Below, one piece after another: positions 13,311-26,334 of a stretch of 64,000 nucleotides of DNA. The stretch is taken from the NCBI GenBank assembly GCA_051313645.2, contig JBNRSN020000018.1:15500001-15564000 (forward strand), read 5' to 3'. The stretch comes from Centroscyllium fabricii. Lineage: Eukaryota. A program made the translations under genes and the position numbers. The notes beneath the pieces were generated by a model. The model ran no database searches, was not told the origin of the DNA, and was given only the letters and a program-made list of their open reading frames with translations. Within the stretch, counting starts at the first letter, position 1. Each line of letters begins with the position of its first letter.

Positions 13311-14065
13311 GTCAAAGAAAATCGCACTCAAAGAAGTCAGGCGGATGACACTGTAGAGACGTAATTGTCACACTGGTTCACTAGAGGCAGCTCACCTGAC
13401 ACTGAGGGTTAAGGAACGTTGTTCGGACATGATACAGAAAGCTTTAGTCTTGCTTACACTAGGTGACAAAACTGGGAAAAAAAATCCTCTCCCCAGGACT
13501 GCTTTGGGCAATAGATTTGTGAAATACGTTGCCAGGGAAGTTTGAAATTACAAATGGGTTCAAGAGAGAATTCTGGAGGCAGCTGGGGTTGAGGGATACG
13601 TTGCACAGGCAGGTAGGTGGGTTTGATTGGTTAAGTATTGGCGCCGATCTTGACAGGGTCGGGTTGTGTAGGCGCCGGCAGTCCGGGTTTCCGCATATGG
13701 TGTGGAGTTTTCGTGCGTATTATTTTTTGCCCGGATTGACAGGCTTGGCTTCCAATCGGGTGGGGTAGACTCTAGAGCAGGCCGCAGCCCCAGGTAGGGA
13801 GTCTGCAGGTGCTAGTAGGGGGGAGTTGGTTCGATCCTTGACTCCAGGGGTCTTCGTATGGGGGGGTGCATCTAATGCGGTGGGGGGCGTCTGATGCGGG
13901 GGTGGGGGGGGGCGGGTCCAATCCAAGGCAAGAGGGTATGCTTGAAATTCATTAAAAACCTTAGTCACTGTAATACTATCATATCATGAGACAAGTGAGT
14001 AAGTGGGAAGAATAGACTGATATGGAATCACTCAGAGTTTAGGTGCCTGGTTCATCTCACCCATT

Positions 14066-14522
14066 CTGTGGCTCAGTGGGCAGCACCCTCACCTCTGAGT
14101 CAGAAGGTCATGGGTTCAAGTCCCACTCCAGAGACTTGAGCACAAAAATCTAGGCTGACATTCCAGTGCAGTACTGAGGGAGTGCTACACTGTCAGTGGT
14201 GCCATCTTTCAGATGCGACGTTAAACTGAGGCCACTTCTGCTCTCTCAGGTGGACGTAAAAGATCCCACGGCACTATTTCTATAGAAGAGCAGGGGGAGC
14301 TATGTCCTGGGGCCAATATTTATCCCTCAATCAACATCACTGAAACAGATTTTCTGGTCATTATCACATTGCTGTTTGTGGGAGCTTGCTGTGCACAAAT
14401 TGGCTACTGCATTTCTTACATTGCAACAGTGACTACACTTCAAAAAAATGTACTTCGTTGGCTGTAAAGTGCTTCAGGATGTCCTGATGTCATGAAAGAC
14501 GCTATATAAATGCAAGTTTTTC
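14066..14522 (+). mobile_element. SacSINE1/DeuSINE-type SINE
   Basis: tRNA head (gtggctcagtgg...ggttcaagtccc), Deu-like core (gtgcagtactgagggagtgct...gccaatatttatccctca), tail gctatataaatgcaag. Confidence 0.85.
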
Positions 14523-14529
14523 TTTCTCT

Positions 14530-14950
14530 ATCTTCATTGCCTCCAGGCTTGACTTCCCTAATGCTTCATTGACCACTATCTCAAGCTCCAGTCTATGCAA
14601 ACTGCAATTTATCCAAAACTCTCGTCCCCTGTGCTTACTGCCCATTGCCCTCCCCATCCCCCAAAGCACTGAATTCAAATCCTCACCCTTGTTTACAAAT
14701 CCTTCCATGTCCTTGCCCTTACCTCTACAAACTTCATCAGCCTCTGTACTCGCACGTGTCCTCTGCCCCTGCATCTGGTGTCTCTGGCCTCCTTTGCATC
14801 CCCTTCCACCCATCTTCATTGGCAGATCCTTCAGCTGTCTTGACTTTACACTCTGGATCTCTGTCCCTTAGCTAGTCACCTTGCTACCTTCCTCCCCACC
14901 TTCTGAAGCCTCCTCAAAATCTACTTCTTCAACCGTGCTTTATCTCCTCT
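14530..14950 (+). mobile_element. Old L2 LINE fragment
   Basis: Degenerate similarity to the L2 3' region (ccaggcttgac...atccaaaactct...attcaaatcctcaccctt). Confidence 0.55.
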
Positions 14951-14994
14951 CCCCTAGTTATTTTTTTGTTTTACTATTCAGCATCTGTCTTTTT

Positions 14995-15368
14995 TTTATT
15001 CGTTTACGCAATGTGGGCGACCCTAATTGCCCTCGAGAAGGTGGTGGTGAGCTGCCTTCTTGAACGGCTGCAGTCCGTGTGGTGAAGCTACGCCCACGGA
15101 GCTGTTAGGGAGGAAGTTCCAGGATTTTGACCCAGCGACGATGAAGGAACGGCCGATATATTTCTGCATCAGGATGGTGTGTGACTTAGGGGGGAACTTG
15201 GAGGTGGTGGTGTTCCCATGCGCCTGCTGCCCTTGTCCTTCTCGATGGTAGAGGTCGTGGGTTTGGGAGGTGCTGTCGAAGAAGCTTTGGCGAGTTGCTG
15301 CAGTGCATCTTGTAGATGGTACACACTGCAGCCACGGTGCGCCGGTGGTGGAGGGAGTGAATGTTTAA
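14995..15368 (-). mobile_element. CR1 family-B 3' fragment
   Basis: HSLHHRRTVAAVCTIYKMHCSN and family-B 3' UTR. Confidence 0.85.
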
Positions 15369-16651
15369 AGTCTCTGCCTCTGCGGAGCACTTAGGCATTA
15401 AGGTGTTATGCAAATGTGAATTATCATTGTAAATTATTATGCAGTCCAGTGAAAAACTGGGCGGCTTAATCTAAACTTGATGGATAGCGACACCCCCGCC
15501 AAGACTGGAAGTGACAATCAGGGGGCTGATTTTAGGAGGTCACTAAAACAAGAAGGCTTCACTATTGTCTGGCTGATCATACAACAGGATCTAGCAAATT
15601 GCAATGCTATTTAAATGTAATCAGTAGAGCCGAAGACATTCAGCTTTTAATTAGATATTGACAATTCTAATATGTAACTCTTCAAGTATTGCTGTTCATT
15701 TTAGAAACTGCACCAAAACCTAAAGACCTTTAGGCCATGTTTTCCATGGTTAATGGGTTCATCTCCGGAATTAAAAATTAAAAATATGAAAATTTCCTTT
15801 TCTCTCATCTGTGCATTAATCTGCATCACTTGCACTTAGTGGACTGGACAGGATGTGCTGGACTGTGCATTGGGAGGTAATTAAATAAATACCAAATAGT
15901 TTCAACATGATGGGTCTTTGCATATATTAATAAATCCCTAAGGCTAAAACACACAAATGCAGCAATGAGGACTGGCCATTCAATCCCTTTCAGCTTTACT
16001 GGTATTTTGGCCGGCATTAAGGATCCACACAGACCAGTTCCATCTCACCCCTGATTTGACCGCAAGTCCTTTCCCTCTATGCCTCAGTGATTCAACAGCC
16101 AGCCCAGTCGATTTTCCATCAAGTCACAATTGACCACGCCAGACGTAAGTAAGTTCTGCAAGTTAGTGACAATTGGGCCAGAAATTCCGATGGCCCCGGG
16201 GCCGCAGTGCGTGAGTACGGAGCGGGTACTCACGCGTGCGGCCCTTGCAATTGCAGGTAGACGCCATTTCCCACGCATGCGTGGGATACCTGCAATTCCG
16301 ATGAAGGCGGTGGGGGGGGGATCGGGTGCTGCAGCACGTTGGTCTGCGCACCAGGAGGTGCGCTGTGCAATTCCGTTTTTTTTTTACAAGTTTTTTTTCC
16401 GGGTAAGTATTGAAGATTTTACGGCTCCTTTTTACCAGCGCAAGGAGCCGATTTCTTCAGGTGAGTGTTTATTTTATTGAATTTAAGTATTTTTTTTATT
16501 TTATTGAATTTAAGTATTTTTTTAACAGGTTTTTAATTTTTTTAAACGTTAAAGACAGGTAAGTAGCTTTTTAGGGCAGTTACAAACTTCAAATAATTTT
16601 TCAAAATTTTTATTTTTGGTTTAAAATAGGTAATTTATGTTAGTTTATGTC

Positions 16652-17081
16652 AAAGTCTGGTATGGAAACTGCACCATTTCGGACTGGAAGGCCCTGCAGC
16701 GGGTAGTCAAAACTGCCCAACAAATCACCGGCACCCAGCTACCATCAATTGAATGCACCTACCTCAAATGCTGCCTACGGAGGTCTCTGAACATTATTAA
16801 AGACCCCACACACCTCAGCCATAGTCTGTTCGCCCCCCTGCCCTCCGGGAGACACTACAGATCAATTTGCACCCGCATGACTAGATTCAAGAACAGCTTC
16901 TTCCCCAGGGCTGTCAGCCTCCTGAACTCTAACAAAAAACTCCAGTATCTGCACACCTGAAAATGTACTTTATTGTAGGAAATTGTATGTAACTTATTTG
17001 CACTACTCTCGGGAGCGGCGAGTCTTCGTTTCGTTGTATTGTACTAGTACACTGCAATGACAATAAAATTGAATTGATTGA
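16652..17081 (+). mobile_element. Rex1/Babar LINE 3' fragment
   Basis: VWYGNCT...LQRVVKTAQ...IIKDPTH...RFKNSFFP; tail tttcgttgt...aatgacaataaa(ttgaa)n. Confidence 0.85.
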
Positions 17082-17138
17082 GTTATAGTAATGTTAAAAA
17101 ATGTGGTTTTAAAAAAATATATATTTTACTGTTTACTG

Positions 17139-17533
17139 TGGCACGGTGGCATAGTGGTTAGCACTGTTGTCTCACAGCACTGGAGACCCGGGTTCAAATC
17201 CAGCCTCGGGTGACTATCTGTGTGGAGTTTGCACATTCTCCCCGTGTCTGCGTGGGTTTCCTCCGGGTGCTCCGGTTTCCTCCCACAGTCCAAAGATGTG
17301 CGGGTTAGGTTGATTGACCATGATTAATTGACCCTTAGTGTTAGGGGGATTGAATATGTGGGGTTACGGGGATAGGGTGGGATATGCGGCTTCATAGGGA
17401 TCGAGGGATATGGGGAGAGGGCAGGGGCGGGGTGCTGGGTTTGGATGATCAGCCATGATCTCGTTGAATGGCGGAGCAGGCTCAAAGGGCCGAATGGCCT
17501 ACTCCTGCTCCTAGTTTCTATGTTTCTATGTTT
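17139..17533 (+). mobile_element. HE1-type V-SINE, full length
   Basis: A/B boxes, V-core, CR1 tail. Confidence 0.9.
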
Positions 17534-18032
17534 CAGGCAGCATCGGTGGAGAGAAACACAGAGTCAACGTTTCGGGTAGTTCCCTTTATCGAGGCCAACC
17601 TTCCTTTACTTCAGTGCACATCAGGGCCATCGTCCACTCATAGCAGGGTCGAATGGCCTACTCCTGCTCCTATCTTCTATGTTTTTATGTTTTTATGTTA
17701 CTGAGTTTTTGGGGCTCTTCCATTTCATAACTTACACAGATCTCTCTGCCAAAGTTATGAATGGAGGATTCTTTCCAGTGATTGGCTCCCCGCGGACCAC
17801 GTGGTCCCGCGCGGAGCTTCCCCACTAACTCTGATGCTGAGTTGCCTCAGCGCGGCGCGTGGGGCCTGGAGCAAGACCTGGAATCGGGATTTCAAATCCC
17901 AGAAGAGGACAACGGCTGGCGCGGTCCGTAAGTGCGGGTTGGAGGCTTGCACTCGCAGGAAGCCGCCAACCCCAATTTCTGGGCCTAGTTAATAGAAGCA
18001 AACCTTGGCTTGCGCTTTCCTCAGTTTATAAT

Positions 18033-18871
18033 GGGCCAGAATTTAGGCTCTGCCGTTTGTGCGGGCGCTAGGACCCTGCGGATCCCTATCGCACCGCACC
18101 AACCTCGCACAGTTTTTGCTCCCAGACTTTCGGCTCGGCTCCGCCCCGTTCCTGCGCTGCGTGGCAGTCCAGCCACGCTAGGAGCGCAGTTGATGCTCTG
18201 CCGTCGTGCGTGGGCAGCAGTGATGCCCCGCCCACAGATCACCAATTTAAATTTTAAAAACGCCCACAGATCCCGAGTCGGACCTTTGAGAGAGCAGGGA
18301 CGTGAGGCGCTGCACTCACAGACTCAGCAGTGAGCAGCGCGGCCAGACCAGCTTTTCACCGAAGGTAAGTCAGCGATTTTTTCTCTTAGTTTTTTAACTT
18401 AACTAAATTAGTTAAAAATTTCAGAACTTTTAATTTAAAAATTAGCGATTTGGAATAGGTATAGCAATTGAAAATCGGATTTGTAAATTAAAAAAAAAAA
18501 CTTTTAACATCCAAATTTAATGATACCTATCTGGCCACATTACTCCCAAAAACTGTTAAAATTTAAAATTAAAGGTAAAAAAGTAACTTACCTTGTTTAA
18601 GAATGCATTGCTCTCCCTCACGCACGAGTTAATACTGGTTTTCTTCCGTGCAGCTTGTGGGCCCGTTGCCCACAGAATCACTCATCAATCATCACCCTTT
18701 TGGATCTCAAATTCTGGGTGCAACTCACTCCTGCGTTTGATGCTGAGGGCCCTTCTCCCTCAGCATCCGAAATCTCCGTTACGTGCGTATGTCCCGTGCG
18801 TTCATCGCACGGGGCATTTTGGACCCCTTCCGTGCGTGTGCAGCTTCTGTGGTCAGCACGAAATCTGGCCC
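18033..18871. mobile_element. Harbinger-type MITE (family F2)
   Basis: GGGCCAGA TIRs, TSD AAT/AAT; inverted homolog at 55080. Confidence 0.8.
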
Positions 18872-19165
18872 AATAGTTTCATGTGGTTCCCTTTCCCAGC
18901 TTCTGCTTTTGATTCTGTTCATAATTTAAAAAAATAAAAATAATTGGATCTCCTGCTCTTTCATTCCCATGTCCCCAGCTTCTTGTTCTTCGGTGAGGAC
19001 CTGCTGAATTACTTTTGTAATTTTGAGCTACGGCCTGGGACTTGGCCTTGTTGCACTTTGACCCTTTTCTCGTGCCCACACCAGTTGACAACACACTCCA
19101 AGCTTAAACAAAATGCCTTAACTGCATTAACTGTTTATATATGCAATGGATCTAATAAACCCTTA

Positions 19166-19944
19166 GGGGGCGATTTTGCCAGAAGGGCGGGAACCTGGCG
19201 GGGATTGGTCTGGGCGGCTTCCTGTCCCGCCTGCCCAAACAGCTGGGAAGGCCACGCAATTTTAATTTAATTGCGTTGTTAAATCCAGGCCGGCAGCAGT
19301 GGGTGGCAACTAGCCCAATCGAGTCGGGCTCCAGTGGGGCTGCGAGGAGTTTGATTGACAGTTCCAGCACTGGTTGTTGACAGCTCCCATGGAAACACTC
19401 CACTGTGACATCACAGTCGAGTGCAACCAATGGGAAAGGTCAAGTGCTGGTGACTGACAGGTGGGCGGGCGGGCTCCGAATCCTTCACAGCTCGGCACCG
19501 ACTGGGAAGAAATCTGCAAAGCTGCGATTTATCAGTTTTTGCTCACAGTTGCTGCAGCAACCACGGAGTAACTAAGGTGCTGGAGGCATGCCAAGCATTT
19601 GGCAGCATGTCCTTCACACCTTGAAGGAGAAAGTAATGGCCAGCGCTGTGCTCCCGCTAGGTTTCACCCAACGGGTTTAAGGTGACGGGGTTAGGGCAGG
19701 AAACAGCTCAAAATGGCTGCGGTCCCTTAAAATGGCATTAAACATGCCAATTAAGGGCCCTTAACGACCTTAACAGCCATCCACACCGGCCGCCGGCGGG
19801 AAAGATTCGGGGCGGGGAAAGAGGCCGCCCAAAAATCGGAAACCGGCGGGGAATTGGCGGGCTTGGGCGGGAACCAAAATTTGGAGATTTTCAGCTCACG
19901 GCCGCCCAAAACCCCGTCTGATGGCGAGATGAATTTCCCCCCCC
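19166..19944. mobile_element. Harbinger-type MITE (family F3, poly-G ends)
   Basis: GGGGGCGATTTT ... AATTTCCCCCCCC, TSD TTA/TTA; homolog at 42460. Confidence 0.8.
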
Positions 19945-20719
19945 TTACATTCTCTTTACTTTGGCCATCTCTGCCATTTAACGTGGCGTTAGTTCCAACA
20001 TTCAACTAGCTGCTGCGACCAGTCTATTTCCTGCTCTGCTTTATTTAATGATGTGCCCTCCGTTATGTAATCATGTTTTCTTTTAGACTGCCAGTACATT
20101 CCACAGCTCTTCGCTTTCTTGAAAGTAATTACAAGCTATTTTGGGAGGCCACACCACTTCGAAGAGAAATTCAGATAAAAGCATGCTTGATCCATTAATG
20201 CATTTTATTTCCCCATTTATTTTCGATGGGATTACATTTCTGTTAAGTACAAGCTGTTTTGTTTTGATGTACATGTTTCTGACTGTTATACACTCCAGCG
20301 AAAATTAAACATGATAGTTAATACCCACTCTACATGAACCCTCAACGCACAATGCTTCCACTCCACCTGTGTCCAACCTGCATTTTATCTCTATGCCAAC
20401 TGTTGTCCCTATTCTAATCCTAATAGTTTTGTGTTTAAATTGATTTCCACTGCATTACCAGATTGGCTTGCACTTAGTGTTTACATTCAGGGCTGCGGCA
20501 GGGATAAAGTCTAGAATGTTCTAAGTGTTTGCTGGAAATATAAACTGTATCTCATGAATTTAAGAATGAAATAAGGCGTCTGCTTTCTTCAGTGTGATAG
20601 CTTACTCTGCCTGGCATTATTCCATTCAGGTGACTGCTTGTTTACCTTCTCAGAAAGGCTGCATTGGAGTTGCTTTGTGAGATGTATTTATCCTCAGTTC
20701 TGTACTCTTTTTCCCTCAA

Positions 20720-21263
20720 CTTCCGGAGAAAGATGGCGGTGCGTGTACACGCAGCGGCTTTGCGTCTCCGGGGGTAACGCTGTCCGCTGCAGTTCTGGGT
20801 CTGTTCGCTCTGAGAGGACGGCATGGTCGGCGAGGTGGTGTACCGGGGTCGGCGCGGCGGAGTTGTCGGAGCACCGGGGTGTCTGCGGTCGGAGTATCGG
20901 GGCACACTGAGGCCGGCACGGTCGGAGCGCCGAGGCCCGAGGGCCTTGAGGACTGTGTATTGGAGCTGGAGCTGGAGCCGGAGCCTGCGAGGTCGCTGAG
21001 GTCGGAGCGCCGGAGCCTGTGTAGCTGGAGCGCCGGGGCTTTGGTCGCCGAGGTCGGAGCGCTGGAGCCTGCGTGGTCGTGGCGCCGGAGGTCGGCGAGT
21101 TCGTATTGCCCGGGCCTGCATGGTTGGAACACTGGGACCGACAGACTGGGACTTCAGTAGAGGACATTTAACATCTGCAAGAACTACATTTCGTTGTATG
21201 GTCTTTTCTGTACAATGACAATAAATTGAACCTAATACCTAATACCTAATACCTAATACCTAA
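20720..21263 (+). mobile_element. GC-rich non-autonomous Rex/Babar-tailed retroposon
   Basis: Starts CTTCCGGAGAAAGATGGCGG, has internal short repeats, ends acatttcgttgt...aatgacaataaattgaa followed by (CCTAATA)n. Confidence 0.7.
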
Positions 21264-21339
21264 CTGAAAGTGCTGACTCATTTTTATAGTTGAGCTTAGG
21301 CACAGAACATTGAAAGGTTGAATAGTGAAAGATTGCGTT

Positions 21340-21967
21340 TGATGCACAATCAATTACAACCAGTCGATGGTTTGATGCAACCGAGGCTTTTATTAGCTTA
21401 GAACTGTTACTACAATTCAATTCAATTCAAGTTTTATTGTCATTGCAGAATACTAGTACAATACAACGAGACGAAGACTCGACTCTCCCGAGAGTAGTGC
21501 AAATAAATTACATGCAAATTGCATACAGTAAAGTACATTATCAGGCGTGCAGGTACCGGAGTTTATTTTCAGAGTTCAGGAGGCTGACAGCCCTGGGGAA
21601 GAAGCTGTTCTGAAATCTAGTCGTGCGGGTGCGAATTGCTCTGTAGCGTCTCCCGGAGGGCAGGGGGGCGAACAGACTGTGGCTGGGGTGTGTGGGGTCT
21701 TTAATAATGTTCAGAGACCTCCGTAAGCAGCGTTTGAGGTAGATGCTTTCCATTGACGATCTAGGCGAATCTTCAAGGTTAAAGTGAAAGCGAAAGAAAG
21801 AGTGCGCAGATTTATACCCAGGTAAGTGGGTGGAGCCTGGAAGGGAAGCTGAGGAGCTGAGTCCTCCCAGACAAGAAGTTATAACCTATATACAGGCACT
21901 GTAATTACAAGGAGGAGGCACAAGGGGGAGACATTATACAATATATACAGTATGGTGGTTTACCACA
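21340..21967 (-). mobile_element. Solo LTR with nested Rex fragment
   Basis: TGATGC...TACCACA, TSD GCGTT/GCGGT; same family as 54810. Confidence 0.75.
21414..21758 (-). mobile_element. Rex1/Babar LINE 3' fragment
   Basis: ORF 21541-21753 IIKDPTHPSHSLF...RFQNSFFP; (TTGAA)n tail. Confidence 0.85.
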
Positions 21968-22336
21968 GCGGTCCTTCGCCTCATCCATGAACAAGCTGCA
22001 AGCCTCTCACTCCCATCATTGCCAAGCTCTTCTGGCACCTCGTGCCCCAAGTGAATCAATTTTAAGACTCTTGTCCTCAACTTCAAATCCCTCATGGTTT
22101 TGTCGCACCCAACCTCACTGATATCTTTGACCTGTACACTCACTGTGTGCATGTTCTGCACACCTGTCCCTCCACCCCCAACAATTACAGTCATTCCTTC
22201 AGGTCCTGTTCTCTCTAACTCCCTCTCTCCCTCAACACATCTACCTTGTTGCTTTCCGACCTTGCATTCAAAGGCCTCCTCAAGACTTTATTATTTAGCT
22301 GTGCTTTTACCCTCCAAAATCCATTTCTAGCTCTGC

Positions 22337-22740
22337 CTTGATTTCAAAATTCTCATCCTTGTTTTCAAATCCCTCCATGGCCTCGCCCCTCCCTATCTCT
22401 GTAATCTCCTTCAGCCTCACAATCCCCGGGATATCTGCGCTCCTCTAATTCTGGCCTCTTGAGCATCCCTGATAATAATCACTCCACCATTGGTGGCCGT
22501 ACCTTCAGTTGCTGAGGCCCTAAGCTCTGGAATTCCCTCCCTAAACCTCTCTGCCTCTCTACCTCTCTTTCCTCCTTTAAGACTCTCCTTAAAACCTACC
22601 TCTAGATTTTGGTCACCTCTCCTAATTTATCTTTATGTGGCTCGGCATCAAAGTTATTTTGTCTTATAATACTCCTGTGCAGCGCCTTGGGATGTTTTAC
22701 TACGTTAACGGTGCTATATAAATACAAGTTGTTGTTGTTG
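22337..22740 (+). mobile_element. L2 LINE 3' end
   Basis: FKILILVFKSLHGLAP-type region; tail gctatataaatacaa(GTT)n. Confidence 0.8.
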
Positions 22741-22864
22741 TCTCCCTCTGGCTTGCTGTTCACCGTTGACTTCCCTGTAAAATGCTCCGAGATAATAGGT
22801 GAGGAGTGCAACAGAAATTGAAATTATTGGTCTTCTTTTGAGATTGCCGTGTGCACGACACCAG

Positions 22865-24573
22865 GGGCTGGATTTTGCCAATGGGGAGCTTTTGGAGGTG
22901 GGACTTCCACTTGTCAGGTTTCAGTCCCGCCTCCATCAACTTCCAGCCAACCCACGCTATTTTCTCTTGATTAACCTTATTAAGCCCGCCCAGCGGGTTT
23001 AGCAGGCCAATTAAGGGAAAGCCGGTTACAGAGAACATCAGCGTGAGACGGTACATCTGTCAAAAATTTTGACAGATGAATTGTCATCGTTTGACAGCTC
23101 TGTGAAGCTGTCAAACACTGACATTCTCTGTAGTTTGATGAGTTCTTGTATTCAAGACTCATCAAACCTCTTTCTTTAGCAGAAATTAGATGGTTGCTGC
23201 ATTGGAGAATGCAGCAACCATCTGTCATCTCTGCCGGGGAGGTGTGAGACTCCGCATCCTCAACGATTGAAGCCTGCAGGAAGAAACAAAGGTAAGTAAA
23301 CTTTTTCTAACACTTTCCGCTTTCGTCACACACTCACCTCTCCACACTTGCACCCATCACTTACCTTCACAGCGCACCTTTGCACCCCTCCAACCCCAGC
23401 AGATCCACTGCTTGCCTCGGTGACCCTGGTGGGGTTCGCAACCTTCGGGAAGCCCACACTTGAGTGGGTAAAATGGGGATACAAGATACAAGATACAAGA
23501 TCCTTTATTTGCCATATGTAACAAGTACAATGGAATGCTTACTCCCCGTTCACTCCCACACTTATAAAGAAAAAAGCACGAGTAAAAGTAGAACAAGTGT
23601 AAGTATAAAAAAAACAATTAATAACAGATAATAACAGTTGCCGTTAGCCGTTCAGTAGGCGCACTGCCTGCGGATAAAAACTGTTTTTAAATCTGCTGGT
23701 CCTGGTTTGAATGCTACGGTACCGACGGCCAGATTGCAGGAGGGAAAACAGATCGTGCCCAGGGTGGTTGGGGTCTTTAATAATAGCACCGGCCTTGTTC
23801 CGACATCTAGTCTGGAAAATCTCTTCAATGGCTGGGAGTGTGCACCCAATGATTTTTTCTGCCGTCCTCACAACCCTCTGGATGGCTTTCCTGTCCTGAG
23901 CAGTGGTATTGCCATACCACACAGTGACGCCACCTGACAAGACGCCCTCTATGGTTCCGCGGTAAAAGTTTACAAGCCATTTTATGCTTATGCCACATTT
24001 CCTCAGGCACCGCAGGGGGTAAAGGCGCTGGTGTGCCTTCTTCAGCATTTCCTTGGTGTTAAAATTCCAAGTTAGATCATCAGAGATCTGCAGACCTAGG
24101 AACCGAAAACAACTGACTCTTTCTACCGGTACCCCGCCTATTGTGATTGGTAGGTGGTTCTTTTGATGGCGTCTAAAGTCCACGATGAGTTCCTTCGTTT
24201 TGCTGACGTTCAGGGCAAGATTATTTTCCTTGCAACATTCCATCAGCTGAACTATCTCATCCCTGTACTCTGTCTCGTCCTCATTACTGATCAGGGCAAT
24301 TACCGTGGTGTCATCGGCAAACTTTATTATTCGGTTGTTACTGTATTGGGCTGTACAATCATGTGTAAACAGAGAGTACAGCCGAGGACTGAGGCAGCAG
24401 CCCTGTGGCGCTCCGGTATAATCCTCTTCCCGGTGTGGGTTGGCTACCCGCCTCCCGGGAAGATGGCACGGAGGCGGGTTGGGGGCGGGATGGGTACTCG
24501 ACCCCAGATTCTGCCATTTTCCCGACAGTCCCTCCTCCAAACCCGCCTCCCCAGAGCTGGCAAGATCGCCCTC
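22865..24573. mobile_element. Harbinger-type MITE (11224 family) with nested Rex1
   Basis: GGGCTGGATTTT start, internal homology to 11224-12058; TSD not recognisable. Confidence 0.65.
23478..24418 (-). mobile_element. Rex1/Babar LINE, 5'-truncated, open RT C-terminus
   Basis: TGAPQGCCLSP, IIKFADDTTVI, LALNVSKTKELIVDFR; (TATCTTG)n tail. Confidence 0.9.
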
Positions 24574-25188
24574 TAAGGCTGTATTGAGGATGTACAGAAG
24601 TGTTTAAAATTGGAACAGTCTTTCCAGAATGATTGGTGTCCGTTCATAAATATATTGAAGGGACATGATCAGTAATAAACTGTTCTTCTAATATTGCACA
24701 CAGGTCAATAACAAATGAGGGCTCATGCAGTTTTATTTATTTTCTTGCACAACATCATTTCAACAGGGCAATAACTTTTCTTTCTCAAAAAGGCAACATT
24801 ACGAAGTTAATATTTAACAGGATAATCGACAAGAGGATTTTCAGCCACCGGAACGGGTTTCCACGAGGAGTGATGGATGTCAAGATACTGATGTATTCTG
24901 GAAGGATGAGATGACATGACATGGGAATTCAACATAAAAGAAATGGAAGTTAGAAATAGACTAAAAAGTCTCAGAAGGAATGGAAACCCCAGAAATGGAT
25001 GCTTTTAATCACCGAGCACGAAAATAAGATTTGCGAGGTGTTGTCAGTCATTATGAGGGAGTCCCAGCATAACATGCTGCTTATTTTCAAATAGGGTGCC
25101 AAAACAGCACAATGAGTCGTACAATGTGTGTCAGCCGTGGCTCAGTGGATTGCACTGTCACCTCTGAGTCAGAAGGTTTGTGGGTTTG

Positions 25189-25760
25189 TGACACGGTTCC
25201 CCAGGATACCTGGACCCACTTGAAGAGACCACACGGCAGGTAAGTGTTCCAAGTCAGACTTTACTCGAGAAGACAAGAGGCTCAGTAGACATGGTACATG
25301 AAAACACAAAGCAAAATAACAGAGAGACAATGCTCAAACTAAACATAAGCCAAAAGTACTAACAAGCAGTGATGTGACAAAAGCGACTTACACATCAAAT
25401 ACTTTAAGCAAAGCTTTAATCAGCTATTTACAGAGTTGAGAGTTTTAACATATTTACATAGGGAAGCATTATCTCAGACTGAATAGCAGCAGAATTTATA
25501 CTACTACACAGGAAGTGACATGTACAGGAAGTGATGTCACTGGAAGTTCATAAGCAGAGTTCATCCGACTTCCTGCCAGAAGTCTCAATATCATTACAAG
25601 CAGTACAGTGTCCATGAGTTCAAGACTAAGCACTGAGTCCTAGAGAGACAGGGTTTAAGTACTCTAGACAACGAGTCCCCAAATGAGGTTCAGGTGGTGG
25701 CAGGTTTCTTTGGGAGGTGATGTACTCTGCTGCCACCTGTCTTCGGGATGGCTCATGATA
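25189..25760 (-). mobile_element. Solo LTR containing a second solo LTR
   Basis: TG...TA ends (CA mutated), TSD GTTTG/GTTTG. Confidence 0.65.
25370..25598 (-). mobile_element. Short solo LTR (229 bp)
   Basis: TG...CA, TSD AGCAG/AGCAG; homolog at 37811. Confidence 0.85.
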
Positions 25761-25845
25761 GTTTGAGTCCCACTCCAGAGGCTTAAAGCACAGAAATCTA
25801 GTGTTGGAGCAGTGCACGATTGGCCGCAACCTCAGGGTTCCTGCC

Positions 25846-26152
25846 TTTCTCCCCGTGTCTGCGTGGGTTTCCTCCGGGTGCTCCGGTTTCCTCCCACAGG
25901 CCAAAGATGTGCAGGTTAGGTTGATTGGCCAGGATAAATTGACCCTTAGTGTTAGGGGTATTAAATATGTGGGGTTACGGGGATAGGGTGGGATATGTGC
26001 AGGTGCATGCTCGATAGGGATATGGGGAGAGGGCAGGGGCGGGGTGCTGGGTTTGGATGATCAGCCATGATCTCATTGAATGGCGGAGCAGGCTCGAAGG
26101 GCCAAATGGCCTACTCCTGCTCCTATCTTCTATGTTTCTATGTTTCTATGTT
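25846..26152 (+). mobile_element. HE1 SINE, 5'-truncated
   Basis: V-core and CR1 tail. Confidence 0.85.
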
Positions 26153-26334
26153 TAGATGCCCATGCGTTAAATGCGGTCAGTTTCAGAGCGGTAATAACAG
26201 CAAACACTGACAGATCGCCGTCATTGCCCACCACAAAATCCGGCCCAATATGTACAATTTAAAAAAATGCTTCTAGCTTGACTGTTAATTGTTTTGATGG
26301 TTTTTCTGTTCAGATGGTCAATTTGTTTATTTGT

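Larger units (their letters stand above)
16175..17985. mobile_element. Harbinger-type MITE (family F1) with nested Rex, HE1 and Penelope fragments
   Basis: GGGCCAGAAATT ... AATTTCTGGGCC termini; internal homology to 29353, 33933, 38690 and 49171. Confidence 0.75.
25132..25801 (+). mobile_element. SacSINE1 head split by an LTR insertion
   Basis: gtggctcagtgg...gggtttg|agtcccactccagag rejoin across 25189-25760. Confidence 0.7.

Noticed and set aside
17139-17210. tRNA genes at SINE heads
   Set aside because: A/B boxes are present but continue into the V-core or Deu core; these are tRNA-derived SINEs.
20087-20200. Plus-strand exon after ttttcttttAG
   Set aside because: No convincing donor or recognisable peptide.
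20642-21167. Overlapping 140-160-aa Pro/Ala/Arg-rich ORFs
   Set aside because: By-product of GC-rich repeats that lack stop codons; no domain.
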